Source: an uncultured Methanosarcinales archaeon
GTDB lineage: Archaea > Nanobdellota > Nanobdellia > Woesearchaeales > DSVV01
Direction: 5' to 3'
NCBI GenBank assembly: GCA_964390375.1
Contig: CAYMIF010000002.1
Span: 4,191-68,190, forward strand
DNA length: 64,000 nt
This document shows positions 54,941 to 64,000 of the stretch, one piece after another; positions within the stretch are counted from its first letter, which is position 1; the number at the start of each line of letters is the position of its first letter. The translations under genes and the position numbers were made by a program. The notes under the pieces were generated by a model. It did not search any database. It saw nothing but the letters and a program-made list of their open reading frames with translations, and was not told the origin of the DNA.

Positions 54941-55849
54941 TTACCCATGCACATGCCCTGGCCCGTACATCTCCACAAGAACGATTATCGCGATGCCGAG
55001 GATTATCGCAAAGAGATGAAGCATTGTATCTTTCCATCTGCAGTGCCGGTGAAGCTGCGGTGTCAGGTTTGAAGCAGCGATATAGATGAAATTGCCTGCA
55101 GCAAAAGGTATGATGAATCTTGTGAATCCAGAGAATCTGCCGATCAGCAGTATCCCGACAATCGTTCCGATTATGGCTGTGATTGCAGAGAGCAGGTTGA
55201 ATATCAGCGCCTTTTTCTTGGATAGTCCTGAATATAGCAGCACTCCGAAGTCTGCGATCTCCTGAGGTATCTCATGGAATATTATGGATATCGTGGCGGT
55301 TATGCCGACAGTTATATTGACTGCAAACGCACCAGCAATGACGAGCCCGTCGATGAAATTATGCACTCCGTCTCCGATAAGGTTGATTGGCGCGAGGTTG
55401 TAGGCATGTCCATGCCCGCACTCCCTGCCTTCGCATTTTGCAGTATGATGGCAGTGCACGAATTTTTCTAGTATGAACATCACGATGAATCCCAGCAGTA
55501 TAAGAAGCGCAGGAGTGTATGCATCCTGATGCGCCTCATGCTCTTCTGCTTCTTCATGCTCTGGATGATGCTCTTCCTCGTGCTCGCCCATTTCCTCATC
55601 AGCATGTTCTGCCTCATGTCCATGCCCCAGGGATTCTGGTATGAGTTCGATAAAAGCAGTAGACAGGAGTACGCCTACAGAAAGGCTGAGAAGGAACAGC
55701 AGGCTCCTGTTCGAAAGCCGTTTCTTGATAAGGAAAGGTATGGCAACGATGACTGAGAGAAGCGAGATTATGATGACTGCGATTATTGCCCATATCGGAT
55801 TCATTTTCAATGAAATTGGATAAGCAGGGGGTTTATATATCTTTTTCAT
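54941..55849 (-). CDS. ZIP-family divalent metal (Zn/Fe) transporter with His/Glu-rich cytoplasmic loop
   Basis: 8 TM segments, the His-rich loop HGHEAEHADEEMGEHEEEHHPEHEEAEEHEAHQD, and conserved HEIPQEIADF in TM5. Confidence 0.8.
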   Translation of the reverse strand: MKKIYKPPAYPISLKMNPIWAIIAVIIISLLSVIVAIPFLIKKRLSNRSLLFLLSLSVGVLLSTAFIELIPESLGHGHEAEHADEEMGEHEEEHHPEHEEAEEHEAHQDAYTPALLILLGFIVMFILEKFVHCHHTAKCEGRECGHGHAYNLAPINLIGDGVHNFIDGLVIAGAFAVNITVGITATISIIFHEIPQEIADFGVLLYSGLSKKKALIFNLLSAITAIIGTIVGILLIGRFSGFTRFIIPFAAGNFIYIAASNLTPQLHRHCRWKDTMLHLFAIILGIAIIVLVEMYGPGHVHG

Positions 55850-55907
55850 TTAAAACCATAACAGATAACTACTAAATAGTAATAAAAAAACAAAACATTT
55901 AAATACC

Positions 55908-55926
55908 AGTGGCAATTATTGCCACT
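55908..55926. promoter_or_regulatory. perfect 9-1-9 palindrome AGTGGCAAT-t-ATTGCCACT ~60 bp upstream of the ZIP transporter start; candidate operator for a metal-responsive repressor
   Basis: Read directly from the sequence. It lies between the divergent ZIP and kinase genes. Confidence 0.3.
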
Positions 55927-56077
55927 ATACAATGATAAAAAAACACAAAATCAGCATATCTGTAGGAGAGGGCACCCTGGTTGCGATAAGGGAAGCTGTC
56001 CGCTCAGGCATGTTCCGCAGCAGGTCTCATGCTTTTGAATTCTCGCTGAATCATTTCCTGAATAGAGGTGATTCCCG

Positions 56078-57667
56078 ATGATTCCCCAGGCAGCATTGGA
56101 TATTTCAAAAGAAGAAACAGGACAAGAATACAGGCTCAGGGGCAATCGTTACAGGGTGCTCTCTGAGATCGGAAGAGGCTGCTGGGGAGTTGTCAGCAAG
56201 GCCCACGACACGCTCACAGGAGAGACTGTCGCACTAAAAGAGCATTCTCCTACAGAGTTGGCTTCTGAGCAGATGGTCAGGAGGAACCTCGATGAGCTGG
56301 CAGTCATGGTGCGTGAGGCAGGAAAGTTCACGGCCTGCTCCAACGTCGTGCCCAGATGGTTTGAACAGGACGGACAGGGGCCTTTCATAGTCATGCCAAT
56401 ATACAGGAGAAATCTTGAGGAGGTCATAACACAGGGCTCAACCGACCTTCATCTCGATTCAGGCCTGACAGCAAAACAGGTCATGTCATTTACAGCAGAT
56501 ATCGCAAACAGCATCATGGAGGCCCACGAAAGATACAGCAGGGCCCACGGAGACATTAAGCCGAACAACTATATGGTCTCAGATGACGGAAGGGTCCATC
56601 TGACTGATCTTGGTACATCGACAATAATATCCACAACACCCAGTCTGCATAATGGTGACCAGCACGGATTCATATACACAAGAGCGCCAGAGAGTTTCAG
56701 GACAGATTCAAAACCCACAAAAAGAGGTGACATATGGTCTTTCGGCTCATTGTTCTACAGGTTCATCACAGGAAGATACGTGCTCGGGGATTTCCCTGAT
56801 CCACAGCGCTTCATCGAATCAAAATCATCTGAAGAGTTCGACAGGCATGTAAGCAGGAAGGTGGACAAGAACATCCCGAAAGCCTGGAGGCCATTCCTGA
56901 AAAAATGTCTCAGATGGAGTCCGCTTGACCGCTTTTCAGACGGCCAGGAGCTCTATTCAGAATTTAAGGCAGCAAGAGACAAGAGCGATTATCTGACAAG
57001 GTTCAAGAAGAGCTTCTGGAACTGGACCTTGAAATTGTCCATACCTGCAGCATCTCTGGCATCTGTTTTCTTACTCAATAGCATCTATACCCCTCCTGAA
57101 GCAAACATCCCTGTGAGGGACTATAAGGCAACTGCTTCATATGTCAACGGCATACCTTTTGATTCAGATCCTGTCTTTGTAAGAGAGGACCTCGAACTGC
57201 CAGAAACAGATTATGATGTCACTATCGATAGGTCGAGGGCTTTCAAGCGTTTTACCCGCAGCAGGATAGTTGTTGCGCTGGCAAATAAGTATTTCACTGC
57301 TGTCGATCAGCTTGGCGGGCCGAGGAGGGTTTATACAACAGAAGGCCAGTCAAGGATATACGGAAGCTATGTAGGTCCTGATGAGAAGCAATTTATGTCT
57401 CAACCCAATATGTTTGCGGTCATAAGATCCATTGAGGTAGGCATCTCAAAGAGCAGGAATATCGACGGGAACTATGACCTCGAGGACACCTGTACCATAG
57501 GAAGGGTGGGCTTAGAGCTTTGGGAAGAGGCAAAAAGATATGCGAACAACGGCCAGGGAAGCTTTGAGTTCAGGGAATATATAAGATCTAAAAGAGCAGA
57601 CGGAAGTTATGTGATCCCAGAAAAAGAGCAGAGGTTCATCAGGACCTGGCTTTCCCATATCCGCTAA
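56078..57667 (+). CDS. Hanks-type Ser/Thr protein kinase with single TM helix and C-terminal extracytoplasmic domain
   Basis: GxGxxG-like IGRGCWGVV, VALKE lysine, catalytic HGDIKPNN, DLG activation-loop anchor, and a TM segment near aa 320. Confidence 0.8.
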   Translation: MIPQAALDISKEETGQEYRLRGNRYRVLSEIGRGCWGVVSKAHDTLTGETVALKEHSPTELASEQMVRRNLDELAVMVREAGKFTACSNVVPRWFEQDGQGPFIVMPIYRRNLEEVITQGSTDLHLDSGLTAKQVMSFTADIANSIMEAHERYSRAHGDIKPNNYMVSDDGRVHLTDLGTSTIISTTPSLHNGDQHGFIYTRAPESFRTDSKPTKRGDIWSFGSLFYRFITGRYVLGDFPDPQRFIESKSSEEFDRHVSRKVDKNIPKAWRPFLKKCLRWSPLDRFSDGQELYSEFKAARDKSDYLTRFKKSFWNWTLKLSIPAASLASVFLLNSIYTPPEANIPVRDYKATASYVNGIPFDSDPVFVREDLELPETDYDVTIDRSRAFKRFTRSRIVVALANKYFTAVDQLGGPRRVYTTEGQSRIYGSYVGPDEKQFMSQPNMFAVIRSIEVGISKSRNIDGNYDLEDTCTIGRVGLELWEEAKRYANNGQGSFEFREYIRSKRADGSYVIPEKEQRFIRTWLSHIR

Positions 57668-58578
57668 ACCTTCATCAAGAGAAGTTCAGACAGTACAGGG
57701 CTGCTTGCGATCTGCACCAGCCGAAAGATTTCCCTGATGTATGAATTGACCACCGAGTCCTTGCTGCCTGACCTGCTGATGGCGTTGATGCAGCTTCCGA
57801 ACTGATATCTTTTCTTGAGCACATTCAGCTTGTGTATATTATCGATCCTTTTCTTGTAGTAGCTGTCGTAGAGCAGCCCGAAATATTCATCAAGGTTTTT
57901 CATAAGTTCAAGGGTCCTGGGCTTGGCAGAATATTTGTTTGCCTTCATGTATTCATGCATGTATCTGTACGCATGCTCGATATGCATGAGAAAGCTCAGA
58001 AGCTCCCAGGAAGTGGCCTTGTCTGCATCCACCCTCTCCTTAGAAAGCATCCTTCTGCAGAACAGTACGTATCTGTCATGATTGACCATAAGATCATTGA
58101 TCTCTGCAGAGTTCTTATACCCTTCTTTCATGTCCGAGACGATCAGTTCATGCGTCTCCCTGATGATGAGAAACACCCTGCGCATCATAGAATCATACTT
58201 GTCCATATCTGGCTCAGAGATATTCTCGATTACGCAAGAGTCCCTGTTTTTTTCCACGATCTCAAAACCCAGCAGCATATCATTCACGACATCCTTTAGT
58301 TCCTTATGCAGCTTATTGTCCAGGCCATGTAAAGACAATATGTCAAATCCTTTCCTGTAGCAGTGCGTCAGGATATTCTTGAGGTCATGCCTGTTCTGTT
58401 CGGTTATCCTGATATCCTTTCTCCTCTTGCCATGCACCCTGGAAGAGATCACAAGCGACTCGTTCTCCTCTTCCACCCTGACACTGTCGCCTGCACCAAG
58501 CTTCTTTTGGTCCAGCCACTTCTTCGGAAGATACACTGTGCATCCCCCTATGCCCTGCTTGATGAGCTTTCTTTCCAT
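57664..58578 (-). CDS. PhoU-like regulator with N-terminal AbrB/SpoVT (swapped-hairpin) DNA-binding domain
   Basis: N-terminal KLIKQGIGGCTVYLPKKWLDQKKLGAGDSV resembles AbrB/SpoVT; the rest is helical and PhoU-like. Confidence 0.5.
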   Translation of the reverse strand: MERKLIKQGIGGCTVYLPKKWLDQKKLGAGDSVRVEEENESLVISSRVHGKRRKDIRITEQNRHDLKNILTHCYRKGFDILSLHGLDNKLHKELKDVVNDMLLGFEIVEKNRDSCVIENISEPDMDKYDSMMRRVFLIIRETHELIVSDMKEGYKNSAEINDLMVNHDRYVLFCRRMLSKERVDADKATSWELLSFLMHIEHAYRYMHEYMKANKYSAKPRTLELMKNLDEYFGLLYDSYYKKRIDNIHKLNVLKKRYQFGSCINAISRSGSKDSVVNSYIREIFRLVQIASSPVLSELLLMKV

Positions 58579-58666
58579 GCCCCGAGCATTGATTCACAGC
58601 TATTTAAATCTTTCGTTTTAATATGATTAATATTAATGATATCAGTTAAATATTAATTAAGGTATT

Positions 58667-59467
58667 TTGTCACTGCCAGATAATAAAATGACTCTCACTA
58701 TGGATATAATCGGGACCTGCAATGAGAGCTGTGAGTTCTGCTATCAGGACAATGACGGAACAACGCTCTCCGAAGAAGAGGTGATAGGGATAGCTGATGC
58801 CAACCCAGATCTTGATGTTGTTGAGATTGGAGGAGGCGAGCCATTTCTTCATGATGGCCTGGCCAGAATAGTATCGGTTCTATTAGGAACGGGAAGAAAG
58901 GTTCATCTATCTACAAACTGCACAATGATATCTGAAGAATTGGTTGATTCAGTCTCAGGACTTAATGATGGTCTTGAGCTGCAGGTGAGTCTCCATGCTG
59001 CTGATCCGAAAACCTATCAGGATATTACTGGAAAGGATTATTTCGATCTTGTCATGCATAACCTGGCAAAACTAAGTTCAGCTTTCAGGACATCTATCTC
59101 TACTACTGTCTACCAGAGAAATTATTGCTCAGTAGAAGGTGTGATAGACATAGCAAGTGGACTTGGACTCCCGGTGAGGGTCCTGCCTGTGCTGCCGATC
59201 GGAAAAGGGGCCGCGGTAAGGCTGCTTGAGCCTGCACAGTTGGACAAGTTGAGGGGGATGCTTCTCGCAGAGTCCCTTCAGAGGGGTATTGTTGTTGATT
59301 CCCCTTTGATTCACAGGAACAACTGCCAGGCATTGGAGGACGCATATGGAATACCCAAGCAAGCCCGGTGTCCTTTGGATTTAGGACAAAAAGTTTACTA
59401 TTCGCCCAGAGGCGAGCGATACTCATGCGAATTCTGCAGATACGATGTTTTAGGTGAAAGAAGATGA
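58667..59467 (+). CDS. small radical SAM enzyme with C-terminal Cys-rich auxiliary (SPASM/twitch-like) segment
   Basis: GTCNESCEFC (CxxxCxxC), a GGGEP SAM-binding motif, and C-terminal CQALED...ARCPLD...YSCEFCRY. Confidence 0.7.
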   Translation: MSLPDNKMTLTMDIIGTCNESCEFCYQDNDGTTLSEEEVIGIADANPDLDVVEIGGGEPFLHDGLARIVSVLLGTGRKVHLSTNCTMISEELVDSVSGLNDGLELQVSLHAADPKTYQDITGKDYFDLVMHNLAKLSSAFRTSISTTVYQRNYCSVEGVIDIASGLGLPVRVLPVLPIGKGAAVRLLEPAQLDKLRGMLLAESLQRGIVVDSPLIHRNNCQALEDAYGIPKQARCPLDLGQKVYYSPRGERYSCEFCRYDVLGERR

Positions 59468-61047
59468 ACCATCCTACAGCGATGAAGATAAAAGATAATC
59501 TAGGAAAAGGCAATAAGATAGCGCCTGTCAAGTCTGCTCTTGGTGAAGAGAGTTACTATATCAATCCAAAGCTCAAAGAGGGCCTTGATGGTGTGATTGC
59601 TACAATCGAGCATATCGATCGTTTCGGGACTGAGATGGGCCACAGGAACTATCTGTTCTACGGCCCTCCAGGAACAGGAAAGACGCTTGGTGTACAGTAT
59701 ATTGCCTCAAGGCTGGGAATAGACATATACGACGGCAAGTCGATCTCCAACCCCCAGCAGGTGGCAGAGACTTTCGGGCAGATGAGGCAGATAACAAAAG
59801 GTGGTGAGAATAAGGCCATTCTCATGCTGGATGAGGTTGACAGGTTCTCATCAAGGGACGATGTTGTCGATCCAGGTCAGAGGCAGACACTCAACCAGCT
59901 TCTGGTAGAGATGCAGGGTATGGAATCCAACCACGGTATATTCATATTCGGCATGTCCAACAAGGAGAACAGCATCGATTCTGCCTTAAGAAGGCCTGGA
60001 AGATTCTCAAAGGAGATAGAGTTCATGCCGCCTGACAAGGAAGGCCGTCTGAGGATACTTAAGATACATGCAGACCGGAAAGGCGGACACATGTTCAAAG
60101 TTGACGAAGATGACCTTGAATACGCGTCAACTAAGACTTTCGGCTATACTGGAGCAGACTTAAGAGGTCTCTTGGACGAGGCATTCACCTACAGTGTGCT
60201 CCGCGATGACAGATGCACTGTCACGACTGCTGACATAGAGAAGGCAATCAAGAATACCAAGCCGTCAGCCCTTCGTGATATGCCTTTCCGTGAGCCCCAG
60301 AAGACTTTTGCAGATGTCGGTGGATACGAATACCATGTGATGCTTGCAAGACGGATCTTCGCAAAACCGGATGGAAGCATGTCTTTGTTCTATGGGCCTC
60401 CTGGCACAGGCAAGACTGATTTTGCAGAAATTGTTGCAGGTAGCTTCGGATATAACCAGATAGTCGTCTCTGGTTCAGAACCTGAGGACAAGTTTGTCGG
60501 AGAGACTGGAAAGAAGATCGACAGGTATCTCAACCGCGCAAAGCAGCTGGCTCCATGTGTTCTGCTCTTCGATGAGATGGATGCACTTTTGGAGAAGAAG
60601 AACGTATCATCCCACAAGTCAAGCTGGACTGGCCTTCTTCAGAGCAGGCTGAGCAAGCCATTGGAAGGTGTCCATGTCATAGGTACGATGAACAGGCCGG
60701 ACCTGCTGAACCCAACATTCATCCAGAGATTTCCGCACAAGTTATATTTCGGGATGCCGGCAGCAGATGAGCTCTACAAAATCTGGCAGATATATCTTCC
60801 TGAGGGGATGGATGCGCAGGCTCTGGCAGAAGCGCATCCTGGGATCACAGGACGGACAATATCAGAGACTGTACTTAAGCTGAATGATTTCGGCATGGCA
60901 GATGATCCTGCTTTGTATCACAGGCTTTTGGACCAGTACAAAGCATTTGACCCAAAACCCTATGACAGCATGGTCGCAACAATCGGCGATTCAGTCAGGG
61001 ACTATAGGATGGTCGAGGCATACAGGAAGGAGATGGATGCAAGATGA
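59464..61047 (+). CDS. tandem-AAA+ ATPase (two classical AAA domains, Cdc48-like D1-D2 without N-domain)
   Basis: Two Walker A motifs (LFYGPPGTGKTL and LFYGPPGTGKTD), two Walker B motifs (ILMLDEVD and LLFDEMD), and an SRH ALRRPGRF. Its ATG overlaps the upstream stop (ATGA). Confidence 0.85.
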   Translation: MNHPTAMKIKDNLGKGNKIAPVKSALGEESYYINPKLKEGLDGVIATIEHIDRFGTEMGHRNYLFYGPPGTGKTLGVQYIASRLGIDIYDGKSISNPQQVAETFGQMRQITKGGENKAILMLDEVDRFSSRDDVVDPGQRQTLNQLLVEMQGMESNHGIFIFGMSNKENSIDSALRRPGRFSKEIEFMPPDKEGRLRILKIHADRKGGHMFKVDEDDLEYASTKTFGYTGADLRGLLDEAFTYSVLRDDRCTVTTADIEKAIKNTKPSALRDMPFREPQKTFADVGGYEYHVMLARRIFAKPDGSMSLFYGPPGTGKTDFAEIVAGSFGYNQIVVSGSEPEDKFVGETGKKIDRYLNRAKQLAPCVLLFDEMDALLEKKNVSSHKSSWTGLLQSRLSKPLEGVHVIGTMNRPDLLNPTFIQRFPHKLYFGMPAADELYKIWQIYLPEGMDAQALAEAHPGITGRTISETVLKLNDFGMADDPALYHRLLDQYKAFDPKPYDSMVATIGDSVRDYRMVEAYRKEMDAR

Positions 61048-62000
61048 ACCTTGAACAGAAGCTTAAGACAAGAAGGGTATTGAGAAGATTTCCCTCGCAG
61101 GAAGCCCTGCAGATGGTTGAGCAGGGAAGAAAGTTCGTGCCTGTTGAAGAGGATTTTGATACTGCTTACGTACCTCAGGGATACAGTCTGATTCGGATGA
61201 CCCATAGGGGAGATACATTCAGGACACTGATTCCCCAGTCGCTTCTTTTCTTCATGGCAAACCCTGGAGAAGGGGATCCTGACCAGGCCCTGGAAGAGAT
61301 AGCAGACTTCTATGGTGATGCAAAGGACTTTGAGGATGACATGATGGATGAGGCTGGCACGTCTGTTCAGGAGGCAAACTGGGCAGTCCTTGCGAAGAAC
61401 AGCTATACCACTTACCTGATCAACCGGTTGGTCAGCCACAAGATTGGTGCCAAGGATGAGATGGGCGAACCAGTCCCTGATTTCAGCTATGAAGGTACAA
61501 GACAGCTTGGACTGGGAGACAGGTATATAGAACAGTGTGTTCGTGCCATGGCCGCAGTGGCGCTTGGAAAGACAGTGAATGACATCCAGGCCCATGAGGT
61601 CTCTGATGTCCTCAAGCACGTCACATTCAAAAAGCAGGAAACCAGGCAGATGACAAGGCAGGAGTTCGACCAGGTGACCTGCTGGGCAGGTAGCCATTAC
61701 GAGCTGAAAAGTCAGTATAGAAATGACCCTGACAAAAAATATGATATTGTGATGAGACATGACAGGGAACTCAAGGAGGGCACAGTGACGATCAAGGCAC
61801 AAAAGGTAGCTTATCTTGATTCTGATATCTCAAAGTATGAGGATAGGATAGCTGAGCGCAGGAAAAGGCTTTCAGAGCAGGAATACACAAGACATGATCG
61901 TGCTCTGATACGCATGTATGCCAACCTGAAATACATTGCACCCGAGAATCCAAGAGCGCAGCTTTCGATTGAGCCTCCAAAAAAAGAGGTGAAAAAATGA
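61044..62000 (+). CDS. hypothetical protein (318 aa), translationally coupled to the AAA ATPase
   Basis: 4-bp ATGA overlap at both ends and no recognisable domain. Confidence 0.4.
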   Translation: MNLEQKLKTRRVLRRFPSQEALQMVEQGRKFVPVEEDFDTAYVPQGYSLIRMTHRGDTFRTLIPQSLLFFMANPGEGDPDQALEEIADFYGDAKDFEDDMMDEAGTSVQEANWAVLAKNSYTTYLINRLVSHKIGAKDEMGEPVPDFSYEGTRQLGLGDRYIEQCVRAMAAVALGKTVNDIQAHEVSDVLKHVTFKKQETRQMTRQEFDQVTCWAGSHYELKSQYRNDPDKKYDIVMRHDRELKEGTVTIKAQKVAYLDSDISKYEDRIAERRKRLSEQEYTRHDRALIRMYANLKYIAPENPRAQLSIEPPKKEVKK

Positions 62001-63610
62001 CAGGCCAGCCGCCTGCAGTGATAGACCTGGAACTATCAGACAGCGATGTCCAGCAGGATCTGGGAGCGATAGTCAGGGATATGTCTGCGCTTCGTGTTGA
62101 GACAATGACACAGAGGAAATTCTCAGACGAGCAGAAAGATGATTATCTTCATCTTGCATATAGGCTTGCATCAGGCTTAAAGGCACTGGCAGACGACTCG
62201 ACTGTCAGCAAGATGCAGTATGTTGCAGAGACTCTTAACTCTGTTCCGCAGTTGATGGAATATGATCCTCTTCAGGATGGTTTATGGAGAAGAAAGCAAA
62301 GAAGGTTCGTGGAGAACCTTGAGGATCTGCTCGTAGGTGTTGTGAGAGATGACTTCCGCACGGCAGATTCAAAGCATCACATATTGCAGGCAGTGAAATA
62401 TCTTGCTTCCGAGGACCTTGATCCTGAGGAACGGGAAGAGGTATATGATTCTATCGAGCCGTTCAAGGGTGCTCTGCCTCTCGAGAAGAGCCAGGGATTC
62501 TTCAACAGGCTTTTTGGCAGGCTTCTTGGCTGCAGCTACCAGGTCTGGGACGAAAACAGGCTTGTCATGGGTGTTGACATTTTAGGCAAGGGACATAATC
62601 CAAAGTTTAGAAAGATTGCTGAAGAAAGGGGTTATACAACATTGAAGATTGTCCTTGACGCTTTTGAATACAAGTATGAAAAAGATGCTATTGGTCCTCA
62701 TCAGGCAGTTGATGTCAGTGATATACCTTTTGAGATGAGTAAAATGACAAGAGTATTGGACAAAATTATAAGATATACAAAACCGATCACCTATCCTGTT
62801 TTAGGCATGCTGCCCCGCAAGGTCCAGGAGCATCTGGAATTAAACACAGATTCCTTCGATGCTGAATCTGCATTCAAGGCTTCCTGGTGGACCCATCTAG
62901 CAGCTGGTGCAGCATTGATTTACTTTTCACCTTTCTATGGGATACCTGTATTAATCGATGTTGCAGCAAGAGGTTACAATACATATTTTCCTCAACATAC
63001 TGGAAATAAGTGGCATTATCAGGATCCGACCGGCTCCCTCATGCTCAAGCCTTTCTTCTGGCCAATAGGATCCGGGCTTGATACAAAAAAGACAGAATGG
63101 AGAGGTGCAGAGATAAGGGTAAGGCAGCCCGAGGAAGCAATAGACATCCCCAATGCAGCCGAATATCTCGATAAGCTGGCAAGGATCGAGCTTGCGCAGA
63201 ACGCAGAAGGTAACCTGAAATGGACTTCAAGGAACAATTTTCGATATGGAAAATATTTTCGCCAATGCCTGAATGCAAATGCGCCTAAGCACTCTCCTAA
63301 TATGAGTCTTAGTAAAGGGGCATACCGGGCCCAGCAGGCAGTTTCTTATGACCATGAGCATGAGAGCGGAGGCATAGTCAAGAACACCTCCCTGATATGC
63401 AGGTGTGGGGATAGGTATCTATTGACTGTGATAAGAAGAAAGGACAGCTCAGGAGAGGACCTGCCGAATTTCGCAAGATCAGTCCTGAAAGATACTGCCT
63501 CTCCAGACCAGGCAATACAGTCGATATCCGAACAGTTCAATCCGATATACTTGCGGCTGAGGAAATATTCAGGCGGAAAGTTGCAAAATGACCTCGAAGG
63601 GGTGGCCTAG
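61997..63610 (+). CDS. hypothetical protein (537 aa) with one hydrophobic segment, translationally coupled
   Basis: 4-bp start overlap. Hydrophobic stretch WWTHLAAGAALIYFSPFYGIPVLIDVAA and no recognisable domain. Confidence 0.4.
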   Translation: MTGQPPAVIDLELSDSDVQQDLGAIVRDMSALRVETMTQRKFSDEQKDDYLHLAYRLASGLKALADDSTVSKMQYVAETLNSVPQLMEYDPLQDGLWRRKQRRFVENLEDLLVGVVRDDFRTADSKHHILQAVKYLASEDLDPEEREEVYDSIEPFKGALPLEKSQGFFNRLFGRLLGCSYQVWDENRLVMGVDILGKGHNPKFRKIAEERGYTTLKIVLDAFEYKYEKDAIGPHQAVDVSDIPFEMSKMTRVLDKIIRYTKPITYPVLGMLPRKVQEHLELNTDSFDAESAFKASWWTHLAAGAALIYFSPFYGIPVLIDVAARGYNTYFPQHTGNKWHYQDPTGSLMLKPFFWPIGSGLDTKKTEWRGAEIRVRQPEEAIDIPNAAEYLDKLARIELAQNAEGNLKWTSRNNFRYGKYFRQCLNANAPKHSPNMSLSKGAYRAQQAVSYDHEHESGGIVKNTSLICRCGDRYLLTVIRRKDSSGEDLPNFARSVLKDTASPDQAIQSISEQFNPIYLRLRKYSGGKLQNDLEGVA

Positions 63611-63611
63611 T

Positions 63612-64000
63612 ATGTCCAGGATGCTAGTATATGACTGGAAGGCGATACTGAAGAGGAGTGCGCTCAATATAAGCCTTGGAGCTGCCTTGATACTGGGATA
63701 TTCAGGTATCAGGCTTGCCGGTTCCCTGAGCGATCGTTATGCTGGCTGGCGCGAAAACAGCAGGAGCATAGGCGAGATTGAGACGCTTATCGAGGAGAAA
63801 GATTATGGCCCTGCACAGGAACTGCTTGTGCGATACGACAAGGGTGATAATATAACAGACGCAGATGCTGTCATCCTGCAGGAGAGGTTGACAAGCGAAA
63901 AGGAAGATTACGAGAGAATAGAGAGGAAGATAGATTTTGAGACCACGCTCCACGAGCTTAGAAGACAAGACCCAAACCAGGCATATGCATTTCTATCTGA
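63612..64000 (+). CDS. hypothetical membrane protein, 3'-partial (runs off window end); not in the supplied ORF track because no stop is reached
   Basis: The ATG at 63612 lies 1 nt after the stop of the previous gene. The open frame runs to nt 64000 (MSRMLVYDWKAILKRSALNISLGAALILGYSGIRLAG...). Confidence 0.35.
   Translation, partial: MSRMLVYDWKAILKRSALNISLGAALILGYSGIRLAGSLSDRYAGWRENSRSIGEIETLIEEKDYGPAQELLVRYDKGDNITDADAVILQERLTSEKEDYERIERKIDFETTLHELRRQDPNQAYAFLS

Noticed and set aside
54729-55037. 102-aa minus-strand ORF overlapping the 3' end of the ZIP transporter gene
   Set aside because: It overlaps a well-supported transporter ORF in another frame, is Cys/Arg-rich, and has no motif.
1-64000. 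Searched intergenic gaps for tRNA, rRNA, transposase or integrase genes
   Set aside because: No tRNA-like acceptor or T-arm signatures (e.g. GGTTCGAATCC-like), no rRNA-like conserved stretches, and no transposase or integrase motifs were seen. The only possibly mobile-type signals are the palindromic repeats and the HEPN/MNT pair.

Overview
This 64 kb window reads as an archaeal chromosome segment. The evidence is an aIF5B-type initiation factor, a class-I archaeal-type GluRS, an AglH-like GlcNAc-1-P transferase, oligo-T terminators and leaderless-looking TATA promoters; it is probably a euryarchaeon or DPANN-like organism, at about 45% GC. The left 19 kb is mostly housekeeping and metabolic genes: a VWA protein, two radical SAM proteins, aIF5B, a HAD hydrolase, a PurD-like ATP-grasp protein, a SAM methyltransferase, a Pgl-like protein, two adjacent PEP-utilizer 'swivel domain' proteins, a histidine phosphatase-like protein, a secreted beta-helix protein, a CNNM/CorC transporter and GluRS. 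From 19.3 to 25.2 kb lies a 1962-aa cell-surface protein with FG-GAP repeats, a cadherin-like domain, a polysaccharide-lyase-like domain and a C-terminal TM anchor. It is followed by an almost uniformly minus-strand surface-glycan biosynthesis island of about 28 kb (25.4-53.3 kb). This island holds a polytopic membrane protein, a Wzx-like flippase, three FemAB/CelD-like GNAT paralogs, three deacetylases, two hexapeptide acetyltransferases, a B12-binding radical SAM enzyme, a CapK/PaaK-like ligase, six GT4 glycosyltransferases (one fused to DUF354), WecB, a GT4 phosphosugar transferase, and a WbpA/B/E/D-like set for a UDP-2,3-diacetamido uronic sugar. A HEPN/nucleotidyltransferase pair is embedded in it. 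Two copies of a structured palindromic repeat (5.34 kb and 36.4 kb) and a 2.5-copy tandem duplication of a glycosyltransferase promoter and 5' end (47.5-47.8 kb) are notable non-coding features. The right end (53.5-64 kb) carries regulators (an HTH_10 regulator, a PhoU/AbrB-like protein, a membrane Ser/Thr kinase), a ZIP metal transporter with an upstream palindrome, and a translationally coupled operon of at least five genes: radical SAM, tandem-AAA+ ATPase, two unknown proteins and a membrane protein. That operon is the best candidate for an undescribed system. No rRNA, tRNA, CRISPR array or transposase was recognised.
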